Numbered from the stretch's first letter, positions 44,268 to 59,248 are shown. The stretch: DNA of 64,000 bases from Eledone cirrhosa (GCA_964016885.1 OZ024744.1:2480001-2544000); one strand, 5' to 3'. Program-made: numbers and translations. The notes: generated from the letters alone by a model not told the origin.

Positions 44268-44591
44268 TTAGAGCATTGGCCTTGCAATCGAAAGGTTGTG
44301 AGTTCAATTCTCAGACCGGGTGATGTGTTGTTTCCTTGAGCAAGACACTTTATTTCACATTTCTCCAGTTTACTCAGCTGTAGAAATGAGATGATAGGGA
44401 CAGGCGTCCCTATCATTCCACTGCAAAGTGGTCGTGGAGGTGCAACGGCAAAAAAGCACCCAGCACTCACTGTAAATGAGGTTGGTGTTAGGAAGGGCAT
44501 CCATCTGTAGAAATCAAGCCAGAATCAGTTCCCACCCCACCCTTGCAAGCCGGGAAAAGCGGACGTAAAATGATGATGATGATGATGATGA
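44268..44591 (+). mobile_element. tRNA-derived SINE with RTE-derived tail
   Basis: A box TGGCTTAGTGG, B box GTTCAATTC, (TGA)n tail; headless copy at about 35930-36197; related head at 50150-50290. Confidence 0.85.
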
Positions 44592-44753
44592 TAAAACAAA
44601 ACATGTTCTCCTTAGAGAAAATACATACAAAATGTATAATTTTCTACTGATATGTTGGTAGATAAACGAACTGGATAGATCGATGACCACTAGGCATATA
44701 TGTATATGTATATAGGTATGCAACTAAACATTGATAGGTTTCGGCCACTATTG

Positions 44754-44798
<45 letters not shown>

Positions 44799-44807
44799 TT
44801 ATAAATA

Positions 44808-44999
44808 TAATTGTTTCTACTTTTGGCACAAGGCCAGCACATACCCAGTGCATTACTGGTACTTTATTTTATCGACCCCGTAAGGATGAAAGGCAAAGTT
44901 AAGCCCGGCGGGATTTGAACTCAGAATGGCAAGGGCCGTAACTCTATGCGTCAAAGCATGGAGTCCGACCCTCTATCGATACTGCCAATCCACCGCCCT
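44808..44999 (-). mobile_element. Nin-domain SINE (family 2)
   Basis: Reverse complement similar to 30127-30314; older copies at about 38770, 38960, 42420, 42690, 49615 and 55070. Confidence 0.85.
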
Positions 45000-45632
45000 T
45001 ATAAATATAATATATAGTAAAGATAACACACGAGAGAGAGTGTGTGTTTATCAAGGTACAGGAATGTATGTATATTGTAAATTATTTTAGGGACTTTTAA
45101 CGTATGACACCGTTGACTAACCGGAAACATTACCAACGACACCACGTACCTGCTATCTTATTATAACTTTAATTAATCTAATTATATCTTGTATAGCAAT
45201 TATCTCATGTTAAGGTGAAAGTTAATATTCTGTAGATAACATAGAGTGAGCTACATGTTCCAGGGTAGGTGTTCCATCACCTACATGATTAAATATTTCA
45301 TTTCATGAGAAACTATGCTACATCGTGAATTGGTCGTTCCACATTTTACAGGACAGTGAGAAATAGGTTTAAATCACCAACATCTGAACAATTAGCTTTC
45401 CTGGTCTTTCTTGACTTTACACTTGGACTTGAAATATAAAGTACGTATTATTTGTATTGTTAACACAGCAGATATTGTGTACTTTTCTATACTCCGTGGT
45501 GAACAATCCTGATTTGTTAAGACACAAAAACACACTTTCATACACTCTCTCTCTCTTACACTTTCTTATATCGACATCAGTCTTACACAGTCACATATCC
45601 TGAGAACTTCGAAGAATTCTTCAAGAATTACT

Positions 45633-47205
<1,573 letters not shown>

Positions 47206-47494
47206 CCTGTTGCAGTGTGTAATGGAAGGGCCCTCTGTCACATGAGGTAATGCTGTGAGTGTCTAGTCTCAGAAATTTTAGAGGGTAAAATCAACATTCT
47301 CTGTTATACAACATTTTCTTTTTGACTCACTTTTTTTTATTGATTTCATTGTTTTGTAAATAATTTATTAATTTTTCATAATTAATTTTATAAATTGTAT
47401 TTATGTCCTAAATTTCATTCTATTTGTTGTTAATAAAAGAATTATATTCAAGGAATTTATCAAGTCTGTAACTTCAAACTTTTTTTTTATTTTG

Positions 47495-48062
47495 CCATCT
47501 AAATCTCTGTTATTAACACCATATGTAATGATATCACCTTGTAAGTAGTTTTAATACATCTAACACCCATCAAAATCTCTGTTATTAACATCATATTTAA
47601 TGATATCAGCTTGTTAGTAGTTTTAATACATCTAACATCCATCTAAATCTCTGTTATTAACACCATATATAATGATATCATCTTGTAAGTAGTTTTAATA
47701 CATCTAACACACAGCTAAATCTCTGCTATTAACACCATATGTAATATCATCTTGTAAGTAGTTTTAATACATCTAACACCCATCTAAATCTCTGTTATTA
47801 ACACCATATGTAATGATATCATCTTGTAAGTAGTTTTAATACATCTAACACCCATCTAAATCTCTGTTATTAACACCATATGTAATGATATCATTTTTTT
47901 AGTAGTTTTAATACATCTAACACCCATCTAAATCTCTGTTATTAACACCATATGTAATGATATCATCTTGTTAGTAGGTTTAATACATCTAACACCCAGC
48001 TAAATCTCTGTTATTAACACCATATGTAATGATATCACCTTGTAAGTAGTTTTAATACATCA
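47495..48062. repeat. Minisatellite, 72-bp unit, about 8 copies
   Basis: gttttaatac recurs at 47761 and 47833. Confidence 0.92.
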
Positions 48063-48294
48063 AACACAAACACTTCAATATTGTTTAAAATCATTGAAAT
48101 TCTATCACTCTTCGTATATTTTACAACTGAAATTTAGAAATTTTACAATATTCTGGTTATAGGGCCACTAACTTTGGTGGTATCATTGTTTCCCGAAAGT
48201 AACAAGAAAAATTAAAACTGTCACAAAAGATCACAAACTGTTGAAGTATTAGTTGTTAGTTGTTGAACTTGTAGTAATGGAGATTTCTGGCATT

Positions 48295-49330
48295 CTTGGT
48301 CCCTATACCAGCTCCCTACTAATTGTTATCAGGGTGGAGTTAGCCACCCACAGGAGTGTCTTGTTAAACTATAGTGGTGGAGACTATTGTCAGACTTGGT
48401 CCCTATACCACCCCCTTACTAACTGTTATCAGGGTGGAGTTAGCCACACACAGGAGTGTCTTGTTAAACTAGAGTGGTGGTGACAATTGTCAGACTTGGT
48501 CCCTACATACTGTTATCAGGGTAGAGTTAGCCACACAGGAGTGTCTTGTTAAACTATAGTGGTGGTGACAATTGTCAGACTTGGTCCCTATACCACCTCC
48601 TTACTAACTGTTATCAGGGTGGAGTTAGCCACACACAGGAGTGTCTTGTTAAACTATAGTGTTGGAGACAATTGTCAGACTTGGTCTCTATACCACCTCC
48701 CTACTAACTGTTATCAAGGTGGAGTTAGCCACACACAGGAGTGTCTTGTTAAACTATAGTAGTGAAGACAATTGTCAGACTTGGTCCCTATACCACCTTC
48801 CTACTAACTGTTATCAGGGTGGAGTTAGCCACACACAGGAGTGAGTTGTTAAACTATAGTGGTGGAGACAATTGTCAGACTTGGTCCCTATACCACCTCC
48901 TTACTAACTGCTATCAGGGTGGAGTTAGCCACCCGCAGGAGTGTCTTGTTAAACTATAGTGGTGGGGACAATTGTCAGACTTGGTCCCTATACCACCTCC
49001 TTACTAACTGCTATCAGGGTGGAGTTAGCCACACACAGGAGTGTCTTGTTAAACTATAGTGGTGGAGACAATTGTCAGACTTGGTCCCTAAACTACCTCC
49101 CTAATAACTGCTATCAGGGTGGAGTTAGCCACACACAGGAGTGTCTAGTTAAACTATAGTGGTGGAGACAATTGTCAGACTTGGTCCCTATACCACCTCC
49201 CTACTAACTGTTATCAGGATGGAGTTAGCCTCACACAGGAGTGTCTTGTTAAACTATAGTGGTGGACACAATTGTCAGACTTGGTCCATAAACTACCTCC
49301 CTACTAACTGTTATCAGGGTGGAGTTGGCC
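48295..49330. repeat. Tandem repeat, 100-bp unit, about 10 copies
   Basis: cttggtccctataccacctcc...aaactatagtggtggagacaattgtcaga recurs every 100 bp. Confidence 0.95.
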
Positions 49331-49759
49331 ATCCACAAGTTTTAAAAGCTATTTCAACACATCTCACTTGCTGTCCCCCAGAGTAACCCCTTTCACCATT
49401 CTGTCTTCTCCTGGGACCACAAGGTAGCTGGTATCTAGTTCTCCATATCAGAGAGAATTCTCCCACACTGTCCAGGTTTGTATCATTGGGGGTAGTGATG
49501 GTATAGTTTACTGATTGTTGTTAGTCACAGTAAATTATAAGAAATGTTTCAAGAAATATGAAGCAACAAATATTATTTGCTAAAACTAGTTAAATCTCTA
49601 TTGATTTGTAAGTTAGGCTCAAGAGCAGCAGATTCAGGGGAGGGACAAAGTTGATTAAACAACCCCAATATATGACTGGTAATATATTTTATCAACACTA
49701 GAATGTTGAAATAATTATTTGACCTTGGCAGGATTTGAACTGAGAATGTTAAGAACCAG

Positions 49760-50140
49760 CATTGTGCATCTCACACAGGCATCATATAACCAACCTTCAT
49801 AGGGAGAAACCCTTCTTTATCAACAGAGGAAGCAGCTCCCTAAACTTTTTCCAACCCATCCTTATTCTAGCTACTATGGCCTCGGAGCACCCTCCTCCCT
49901 TGCTAATCTGATCACCTAGGTACCGGAAGCTGTCACCCACCTCTATAGAACCTACCTGTACTTGAAAGATATGTCCATCACTGCGACTTCTACTGTCAAA
50001 TGTCCCTGTACATCTACTGCATATGTAGTTGTCCCTACCTGTTAGTTTGCCTGCTATTCCACTACATCTCTTGTGTTCCCAAGATCTCCATTGTGTACAT
50101 TCTATAGAATTTATGCCAACTCCTTTTCTACATATCCAAC
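49760..50140 (-). mobile_element. RTE RT fragment with PHD-like Cys/His finger
   Basis: CWICRKGVGINSIECTQ...HKRC...CSRC followed by FRYLGD...ARIRMGWKKFREL. Confidence 0.75.
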
Positions 50141-50964
50141 ATATATATAAGGTACATGGCTTACTGGTTAGAGTGTTGGGCTTACAATCATAAGGTTGTG
50201 AGTTCAATTCTCAAACTGGGATTTACATTGTGTCCTTGAGCAAGACACTTTATTTCATATTGCTCCAATTCACTCAGCTGTAGAAATGAGTTTCAATGTC
50301 ACTAGTGCCAAGCTGTATCAGACATTGCCTTTCCCTTGGACAACATCATATATAGAGTATATATGATATGTATACAGTGTATATACAGAGTATATAGTGT
50401 ATATATTGAGTATATAGTGTGTATATAGAGAGTATAGAGTGTATATAGAGTATAGGGTGTATATAGAGAGTAAGCTGTATCAGCCATTGCCTTTCCCTTG
50501 GACAACATCAGTGATGTAGAGGGGTGACTGGTATATATGGGGGACTGCTGGTCTTCCACAAACAACCTTGCCCAGACTTGTGCCTCAGAGGGGAGCTTTC
50601 TAGGTACAAATCCCATGGTCATTCGGGACCAAAGGGGGTATTTATATATATAAATGTTTAATAGAGAAAAGGTTTCTACTGGGTTGGAACTGTCTCATTC
50701 CTATGTTTTCTGGTGGTTGGGAAAGTTGGTGATTTTGAGGATGGACGTCATTGGCCAAGGGATTTTAAAGGGCAGGGATACTTTGAAATAACTATTTTTA
50801 GATATAGACACACATGTCCATACCAACACAGTCTTCTCTCCTCCACACCACCTCAGATTCCTCTTAAACCCAACTTATCACTCACCTTGTCCAATATCTA
50901 CCTTTCTGTTACACTTACATTCCACATCAAACAAAACATGGTTGCTTCATTTCTCTCTGGTCTA

Positions 50965-52017
50965 CACATGTCCCCAGCAGTCACATCCCATGTTTCACTA
51001 CCATGTAGCACCACATGTCCCCTGCAATCACAGCCCATGTTTCACTACCATATAGCCCCACATGTCCCCTGCAATCACAGCCCATGTTTCACTACCATGT
51101 AGCCCCACATGTCCCTTGCAGTCACATCCCATGTAGCACCACATGTCCCCTGCAATCACAGCCCATGTTTCACTACCATGTAGCACCACATGTCCCCTGC
51201 AGTCACATCCCATGTTTCACTACCATGTAGCACCACATGTTCCCTGCAATCACAGCCCATGTTTCACTACCATGTAGCACCCCATGTCCCTTGCAGTCAC
51301 AGCCCATGAAGCACCACATGTGCCCTGAAGTCACAGCCCATGTTTCACTACCATGTAGCATCCATGTCCCCTGCAGTCACAGCCCATGTTTCACTACCAT
51401 GTAGCATCCATGTCCCCTGCAGTCACAGCCCATGTTTCACTACCATGTAGCACCACATGTCCCCTGCAGTCACAGCCCATGTTTCACTACCATGTAGCAC
51501 CACATGTCCCCTGCAGTCACAGCCCATATTTCACTACCATGTAGCACCACATGTGCACTGCAGTCACAGCCCATATTTCACTACCATGTAGCACCACATG
51601 TCCCCTGCAGTCACAGCCCATGTTTCACTACCATGTAGCACCACATGTGCACTGCAGTTACAGTCCATATTTCACTACCATGTAGCGCCACATGTCCCCA
51701 TCAGCCACAACCCATGTTTCACTACCATGTAGCACCACATGTCCCCATCAGTCACAGCCCATGTTTCACTACCATGTAGCACCACATGTCCCCATCAGTC
51801 ACAGCCCATGTTTCACTACCATGTAGCACCACATGTCCCCATCAGTCACAGCCCATGTTTCACTACCATGTAGCACCACATGTGCCCTGCAGTCACAGTT
51901 CATGTTTCACTACCATGTAGCACCCCATGTCCCCTGCAGTTACAGCCCATGTTTCATTACAATGTAGCACCACATGTCCCCTGCAGTCACAGCCCATATT
52001 TCACTACCATGTAGCAC
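50965..52017. repeat. Minisatellite, 47-bp unit, about 22 copies, inside an RTE fragment (about 50730-52240 -)
   Basis: agtcacagcc recurs at 51421 and 51468; minus-strand translation LHGSETWAV. Confidence 0.93.
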
Positions 52018-52247
52018 TGCACTCCACACCAGCCTTCTTCTTGTACTTAGGGAGAAACCTTTTGTTGTCAACAGTGGGGGTAGTTCTCTAAATTTCTTCC
52101 ATCTTATCCTTATTCCAGCTATTATACTCTCACAGCCCCTCCTCCTCTGCTAATTATGTCACCTAGGTAGTAGAAGCTATCAACCACTTCTATAGATCCT
52201 TCCTTTGACTAGAAAAGGTTTATATAATTGGTACTCTTCCTCTTGAT

Positions 52248-52845
52248 TACGAAATCGGTTGAAAAATGTGGGAGCTAATGATAGGTCGCCGTCCCTGAAC
52301 AAAAAATGCAGAGTGTAAAGCTAATATAAGATGTGCAATGATAGGTTCTATCGTAGTATAAAAGTTGAACCAAATAAATTGATTTATATGTGAAGTGGAG
52401 CCGAAGTTTCGAATTTGAACGAAATCAGTTGAAAAATGTGGGAGCTACAGCCGAAAAAGTGAACATTTGAGTCTAAAAGTGGTATTTTTTAAATATTTAA
52501 GCGGCTGCCACGCCGTCTCTGAACAACAAAATATAAAGCCATTACAGGATGTGCAAAGATAAATTCTATTTTGCTTTAAAATTTGAACGAAATCAGTGGC
52601 AAAATGTGGGAACTAGAGCCAAAAATCTTATTTTTCGATACCTAAAAAAAGGTGACCCCCTATAGATTTTTATCTGCAGAATGACTCCGGAATAAAAAAA
52701 AAAACGACACGCTGATATATAGAAAACACTCCCCGGTGACTAATCTATGAGCCTGTAAAGTTTCATGAAAATCGGTCGTAAGATGTAGGCCCCTATAGGT
52801 AATACACAGACACACACACATACTTAATTTTATATATATACAGAT
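52248..52845 (+). mobile_element. Non-autonomous repeat, possibly Helentron/DINE-like
   Basis: Internal repeats gaaatcggttgaaaaatgtgggagcta and aaagtttcatgaaaatcggt; ends in (CA)n plus ttttatatatatacagat. Confidence 0.4.
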
Positions 52846-53525
52846 ATTGAGTTAGAAACTCAAGATAGTCTTTTACAATTAAATAGCTCAAGGAAGGGAA
52901 TCTTTTCGAGCCGTGGAATACAATTGAATATATGAGAGAGATGAACACCGATACAAGTATACATGTGTTCGAATTGCAAATGACAAAGTTAGCTAGGTTG
53001 AAAAATACTAATTTAAAACAATATGGTTTGTCTATCTCGATTTAAAGTAATAAATATATATATATCGTGCAATGTAAAGTCTGAATCAGCTTGGTACCAG
53101 TAACGTCACAGCTCATCATCATCATTTAACATCCACATTCCCTGCTAGCAAGGATTGGTCAGGTCTTCACAAACCAGAATGGAGTGGGTGGTCCACATCT
53201 CGTTTACATATTGCCCCACATTCTACTGAGTGTATTGTATTGTGGCACCATTACTAAAGATAGTGTCATGTCTTCAACACAACTGAACCGTCCTCCCAAC
53301 CTTTTGTTTGGCGAGTTTTCTATGGCTGGGTACCCTCCCTATCACTACCAACTTTACATCACACACTGGGTGCATTTATGTAGACCCCAACACTACGGAG
53401 GTTGCCATGCCCTTGACACAACTGCAGGGTCCTCAAAACCTTTCTTTGGTAAGCTCTCTGTGATTAGAAACGCTTCCTATCACACCCACATTAAAGCATG
53501 TACTGGGTGCGTTTATGGTGTAGAT

Positions 53526-53733
53526 CAGGCATGTCAAACTGAGGGTGCCCGAGGACCACATGGGTCACATATGTGCTGTCTGAGGGCCGCACACGACAAC
53601 TAATTGCGCATATTACAACTAATTTTTCTTTACTTTATATTACGAAGATAAAACATGCTCCTGCTGTAAAAACATTTGTGCGGGCCTCAGGTGTGCTTGT
53701 AAAGGGCCGTAGGCCACATGTTTGACATGTCTG
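53526..53733. mobile_element. hAT MITE with 8-bp TSD
   Basis: TIRs CAGGCATGTCAAAC / GTTTGACATGTCTG; TSD GTGTAGAT at 53518-53525 and 53734-53741. Confidence 0.88.
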
Positions 53734-54656
53734 GTGTAGATCACCAACACTAGAGATGTGTAATGTCTTTGATACTATATAGGGGTCTGCTCAACCTATA
53801 TAAACTATACATATATATATATACTGTATAGATGCTATGTGTACACTATTGGAAAGACAGCAGCACACTTGAGGAAGGAGCCCCGTGAGGTAGAGTGGGT
53901 GTTACACTGGTCACATTCCTGCCCTTCATTAAGACATCTCTCTAGAAGTTCACACTGTTATAAAGTTTGTGACTTCGTTTGTACCCAATGATGTAGACCA
54001 ATTCTACGTTTTGGTTAAATACATTCGATGTTCAGAGAGTGGGATTTGACCCCTGCAAAACCTTTCATCACTTAAAAAAGCTTCAAGCACATGCATCGCT
54101 TGATATGTGACATGTTTGCGATGTAATGCCTTCTTGACCATAGGCAAGTCCCTTGTAGGACTAAAAAGCTACGTCTGTGATGTTTATGCTGAAGTATCAA
54201 GCGATGGTATTACTCGAAATCTAGTTGTAGCCATCAGCATGTATGTATACAGGTATACATATATAAACACACGTAGACACACACACACACATGGGAAACA
54301 ACTCAGCAACGGATAATAGTTGTCATTCTCAGTTATTGTTCTTGATTATCAAATAGTTTAACGTTTGGCGTCAGAAGAATTCAAAGACATTTACTGAAAG
54401 GTCGAGGACTAAAATTAATTGTAATTAATGTATGGGAAATTCACATCTCTTCAAACATGTTTATACATTACATATCAAAACTGTGTGATTTTATTACACG
54501 CTGAATGCTACTCAAACATATTTTGTATTTAGTGGTAAGTTCTGTCTCTCTACACACACAAACATATATGTGTATATATGTTTTCGTTGAAGTGTTGCAC
54601 TATATATATTTTTTTTCACTTTTGGTATTTTTACTATAGAAATATTTAGGTACATA

Positions 54657-54850
54657 TGAGGGTCGGCTGTAAAGTTCATAGACTAAAATACTCTCATGGA
54701 ATGATCAAATGAGGTTTATTTTTCAACATAGTCTCTGGAAAAGAAACAATTCAGTTATTAATAAGTGTTGAAATTAATGCATGCAAAATTTCACAGCTCT
54801 AGCATCACTCCTTCATGGTCAGCCTGTGAACTTTCCTGCCCATCTTCCTA
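54657..54850. mobile_element. Degenerate mariner-like MITE
   Basis: tatgagggtcggctgtaaagttcatag with an imperfect inverted end ctgtgaactttcctgcc. Confidence 0.4.
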
Positions 54851-55277
54851 TATACAGTTTAAATCATAAATACGATTTACGAAAGAAAAGCAGTCAACTA
54901 AAAAGTGACAAGATATACTCACTCAATTACATGCTACAACAGGGTTTACTTGTGTCCCTCCTCGCCTAAATAGTTTCGTAAATTTTATTAAAAAAAGTTA
55001 TTGTAATTGAACTTAAGGTAAATTTTTATAATAAAACCCGTCTCACAGTCATATGTAATAACTGTTTCTGATTTAGGGACAACGACAATAGTTTTGGTGG
55101 GAGGGGTAGTCAAATAAATCTACCTTAGTGCGTTACTGGTACTTTGTTTTATAGACCCCGTAAGGGTGAAAGGAGAAGCTACCCTCGACGGGATTGGTTT
55201 CACAGTCAACTTCCTCCAGAAAAGGATAGATAGATACGGGGAACAAGAGAGTGGGTGTGTATGTGATACAGAGATAT

Positions 55278-55474
55278 AGAGACACCTGCTGCACCAGCCA
55301 CACCACCTCACAAGAATCCCCCCTCAAGCAGGTCACCATCTGTTTCAATTAAAATACAGAGATATATCTGTATTCTCTTCTTTAAAATTAATTTATATTT
55401 TAATTGAAACTGACGGCAGCCCGATTAAGGAGGGAACCTCGTGAGGTATGGTGGTTGGTGCAGTGGGTATCTCT
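55278..55474. repeat. Old diverged fold-back repeat
   Basis: About 55278-55356 inverts about 55395-55474; right arm related to 40620-40790 and 53852-53910. Confidence 0.6.
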
Positions 55475-56589
55475 GGTCATTCTCTGCGGTAATGTCTTTT
55501 CCATTTTGACCACGGGGCATGGCTAAGGCACTGCTCAGACTGGGGTGTACTGTCTGTTATTCTCCCACTCCCTTTCTTTCGCTACTTGATCCCTTTTCAA
55601 TCTCCCTTTTTTGTTTCCTCTGATAGTGTTTTGTTTTTAATTTGATACTGTTCAATAATCTTTATACAAGTTCCATGGTTTTTCATGGTATTGTGAGATT
55701 TTCTATATTGAATATGTTTGTTTTTATGTTTAATTCTTTAAATGATATACTTTGAATAAATCATAATGAGCCACTTACTCTCGGCTCTCGGGTACCAAAT
55801 AATACGAGGGGGGGGGGTACTTTTTCTATGTTGTCTCCCTTGATATTTTTAGACAGAAGAATTAGTTGGTTAGTTTACATATTGAGACCATCCGATTTAT
55901 TTTATAACGTATGGGATTTCTTGTGATGTTCTTTTTTTGTCATATATAATGGTTTTCGATGACTAAATAAAATTATCAGAGGAATGCTACCACTTAATAT
56001 AAAATTTTACCTGAGAGAGATTAGCAAAATCTGATAAGCGGTTGGGTTGGAATAAAAGAGGGGGTGTTGGAAAAGATCTGAAAAATTAATAAGCATATGG
56101 GCTGGGTACGATTATTTGAGACCGAAGAGTAATCACTGTATCCCAGCTGTAATTCGCAGAAAAAAACATGGCGAAGGTATTGTTGCAGAAAACAACCAGC
56201 AACGCAGGCTACATCATTCACTCTATCTCACAGGGCTTCCATTCTCATGCATTTTATGGAGAAAAACGACAGTCCTGGCTAACCGAGAATACCAGCGGTC
56301 TCGAAAGTGACCGGCTCGGTAAGGAAGCGGTCAGTGAAGTCCTGGTAATTCACTGTATTCCTCATTATAGGTGACACTACCCAGGTTTTCTGGATTTCTG
56401 GCTCGGTACTCCGTGTTTCACTTCTTGAGTGTAAATTAAAATAGAAATCAAAATGTTGCTTCGATTATCAAACAATTTGATCACCTCCTAAAATACTTTA
56501 TCGAACATTTTTCAAAATCGAAACACTATCTTATGAGACAAACACACACACAGGTGCTACCCAACGTATATATATGCATCTATATATAC

Positions 56590-56839
56590 CAAGCATGGGC
56601 AACCGTTTTCGAGAAGCGAGCCGCATGAGATATGGCTCATCATCAGGCGGGCCACAAGCGGTAATTTACATTCGTGGCCACATTGTTTTCCTCGTACACG
56701 TTGTTTTCCTCAATCGTAAAAATTATAGAAAGATAAATTACCACTGAAAAGTTGGGGTAAAAAAATCAGAAAGATTTCACTTAGGTGACTTAGGCGAGCC
56801 ATTCAGAAAGCTTCGCGGGCCGCAGGTTGCCCATACGTG
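56590..56839. mobile_element. hAT-like MITE
   Basis: TIRs CAAGCATGGGCAACC / GGTTGCCCATACGTG; gcgggccgca-like subterminal motifs. Confidence 0.65.
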
Positions 56840-57036
56840 TTTATATGTAAATATATGTCTGTGTATGTATGTGATAGTTAGGTGTGTAACTACAGTTACG
56901 CGCCGTTCGAAGGACTCAATGCTGTTACGGGGTTCGTCTCGTTTAGGATGTATTCCAGGGTTACGGCTGTAATTTGCAGAGTGTAGATTGAAAAGAATCG
57001 AAGTCAGTGTTGCAGCATGAGTACAAACTTTATTGG

Positions 57037-57120
57037 CATATTACAATTGTTTCGATATCAGGTTAGGGTACAATCAAGATGACGGGACCCGATGCTTTAT
57101 TTGACATCTCTTCAGATATG
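57037..57120 (-). ncRNA. Canonical hammerhead in pLTR fragment (about 56875-57260)
   Basis: Minus: catat CTGAAGA gatgtca...tgatatc GAAA caattg TA atatg. Confidence 0.8.
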
Positions 57121-57478
57121 TGAATATATAGGTGCAAAGGCAGATTTAAACTGTTAATAGAGGTCTCGATATCTATTTACACTTATTAATGGGTCTTTAG
57201 GGGGTCGAGGGACTAACGGTATGTTTACATTTAAAGGTTGAAGAATAAACAATAATAATTATTATATATATATACCTTCTACAGAGGTATATACATCTTA
57301 TTTAATTCCTTCCATCAGAAAACGAATGTTACTCTTTCAGATGAAATATGGTGTAAAGAATAAAATTTAAGAGCTTTGTTTTCTCAATCATATATTTCTG
57401 CTAATATATCTATCTTTTTTCAGTTGAACTGATTGGAGACGCGTGAAATGATGTCTACACACACACACACACACACAT

Positions 57479-57530
<52 letters not shown>

Positions 57531-57565
57531 AAATGTGTTTAATCCTTGGTACAGTTAGGTATATT

Positions 57566-57818
57566 AAGACAGGGGGGAAGAAAAAAGTGGCTTCACTTGT
57601 GCTTTCAACAAATTTATTTTCTTCACAAAATCCAAAAAGAATTTTTTTCCGGATTAGAAAAAATTTTTTTAAAAGAAATCTTTTCAACAACTTAATTTAT
57701 ATAAAAAATTTCTTTAAAAAAAATTTTTTCTAATCCGGAAAAAAATTATTTTTGGATTTTGTGAAGAAAATAAATTTGTTGAAAGCACAAGTGAAGCCAT
57801 TTTTTTCTTCCCCCCTGT

Positions 57819-57821
<3 letters not shown>
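57566..57821. repeat. Fold-back inverted repeat between (TA)n runs
   Basis: Arms about 57566-57679/57708-57821. Confidence 0.85.
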
Positions 57822-57883
<62 letters not shown>

Positions 57884-57979
57884 TTGTGAGGGGAGAGCCA
57901 TTACGGAAAAGAATGAATCGAAATTTCATTTCTCACTCTTAGTAAAGCTGATACGTAAATCATCTGGCAGGAAGGTATA

Positions 57980-58020
57980 CGGTGCTGACGATAGGTAATA
58001 AGCTTGAAACTAGTACATCG
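57980..58020 (+). ncRNA. Minimal hammerhead motif
   Basis: cggtg CTGACGA taggtaataagctt GAAA ctag TA catcg. Confidence 0.65.
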
Positions 58021-59248
58021 TTCCTGTGTCAGTGAACAAATTGATGACGATGGTTGCCTGAACACTGTATGGCGTAATTCGGGCTGTCTGCTTCTTTACA
58101 AACAAACAAACCGAACATTATAATAAATGTTCGGTAAACCCATACGTACATATATATATATATATATGTGTGCATGTATGTATATATATACATACTACTG
58201 TACGTCTGTATACATATATGTATGTACGTATACATACATACTTATATTTATATATATATATATATATAGATAAATCTACCAAAAGTTTACGGTAGTGTCC
58301 AATCCGTATGAAGAACTCAATGTAATCCGGATATCATGAAAAGAGAAAATGCATTCAAAAACTACTTTCGGTGAAAAATAAACGGAAAACAGAGTCAAGA
58401 TAAATTAATAAAATAATGAATAAACAAAGAAACAGTTCCTTATATTAAAAAAATTCATCATTTTACGATCGTTTCTAGGATATATATGTGTTAGAGTTGG
58501 TATGCATATTCTATAGATCTATGTACAATATTTATACAAACTATCAGAGGGAATATAGATACCTACACATATATATGCTGTCTTCAGAAATAATGATATT
58601 TGTTTATTGAAAAAAACAAAGATTCAATATTATAGGTCTGTTTGGGAACAGGTTTTGAATTGACCAATAGAGAGATAGTGATGGTCAAGATAGTAATATC
58701 GTAGTAGAAGAACCTTAAATTATGGGTAGAGGAAGGTAGATTTCAGTTTGGGATGGAAAAGAATATTATGAATGAAGGATTATTTTAGGGAAGAAATAGG
58801 TCTTATGCTGACCTCAGAAATAATTGTATTTGTTCATTGAATAAAACCAACAAAGATCTAATATATTCTGTCTGTTTGGTAAGAGGTTTAGAATTAACCA
58901 ATAGAAAGTTAATAATTTGCCAAATGGTAAAATAGTAGTAATTGAAGCTTATTTTAGGGGTGAAAATAGGTCAGGTGGTCAGTAAAAGGTATACAAGCAG
59001 TTGCTGTTATAAAATAGTAATGCCAATACAAATATCTAAGGTGACTAAAGTTTTACGATAAGAGTGTTAGTGAAAAAAATACATCTAAGAAAAGAATATA
59101 AATTTATTTAATTGATGGGTATATTTATATTGATAAAATTATACTAATACATATAGATATGATAAATAAGAGTTAGATGCAGTTGAAAAGTGCTGTTAAA
59201 GGTGAGGGGAAATTAAAATAATATAAAAATAATATATATATATACTTA

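Noticed and set aside
50470-50640. HDV-like ribozyme in a putative RTE 5' region (also 19697-19800)
   Set aside because: I could not assemble a convincing nested double pseudoknot by eye; needs a descriptor search.
47495-52017. Regular arrays as CRISPR
   Set aside because: Head-to-tail units without unique spacers, no cas genes, eukaryotic context.
54900-56560. Short ORFs in unique-looking sequence
   Set aside because: No domains or credible exon structure; small exons cannot be excluded without transcript data.
57745-57800. Hammerhead-like GTGAAGA...GAAAgcac
   Set aside because: The 3-8 pair is broken and there is no NUH or stem I; at most a decayed relic.
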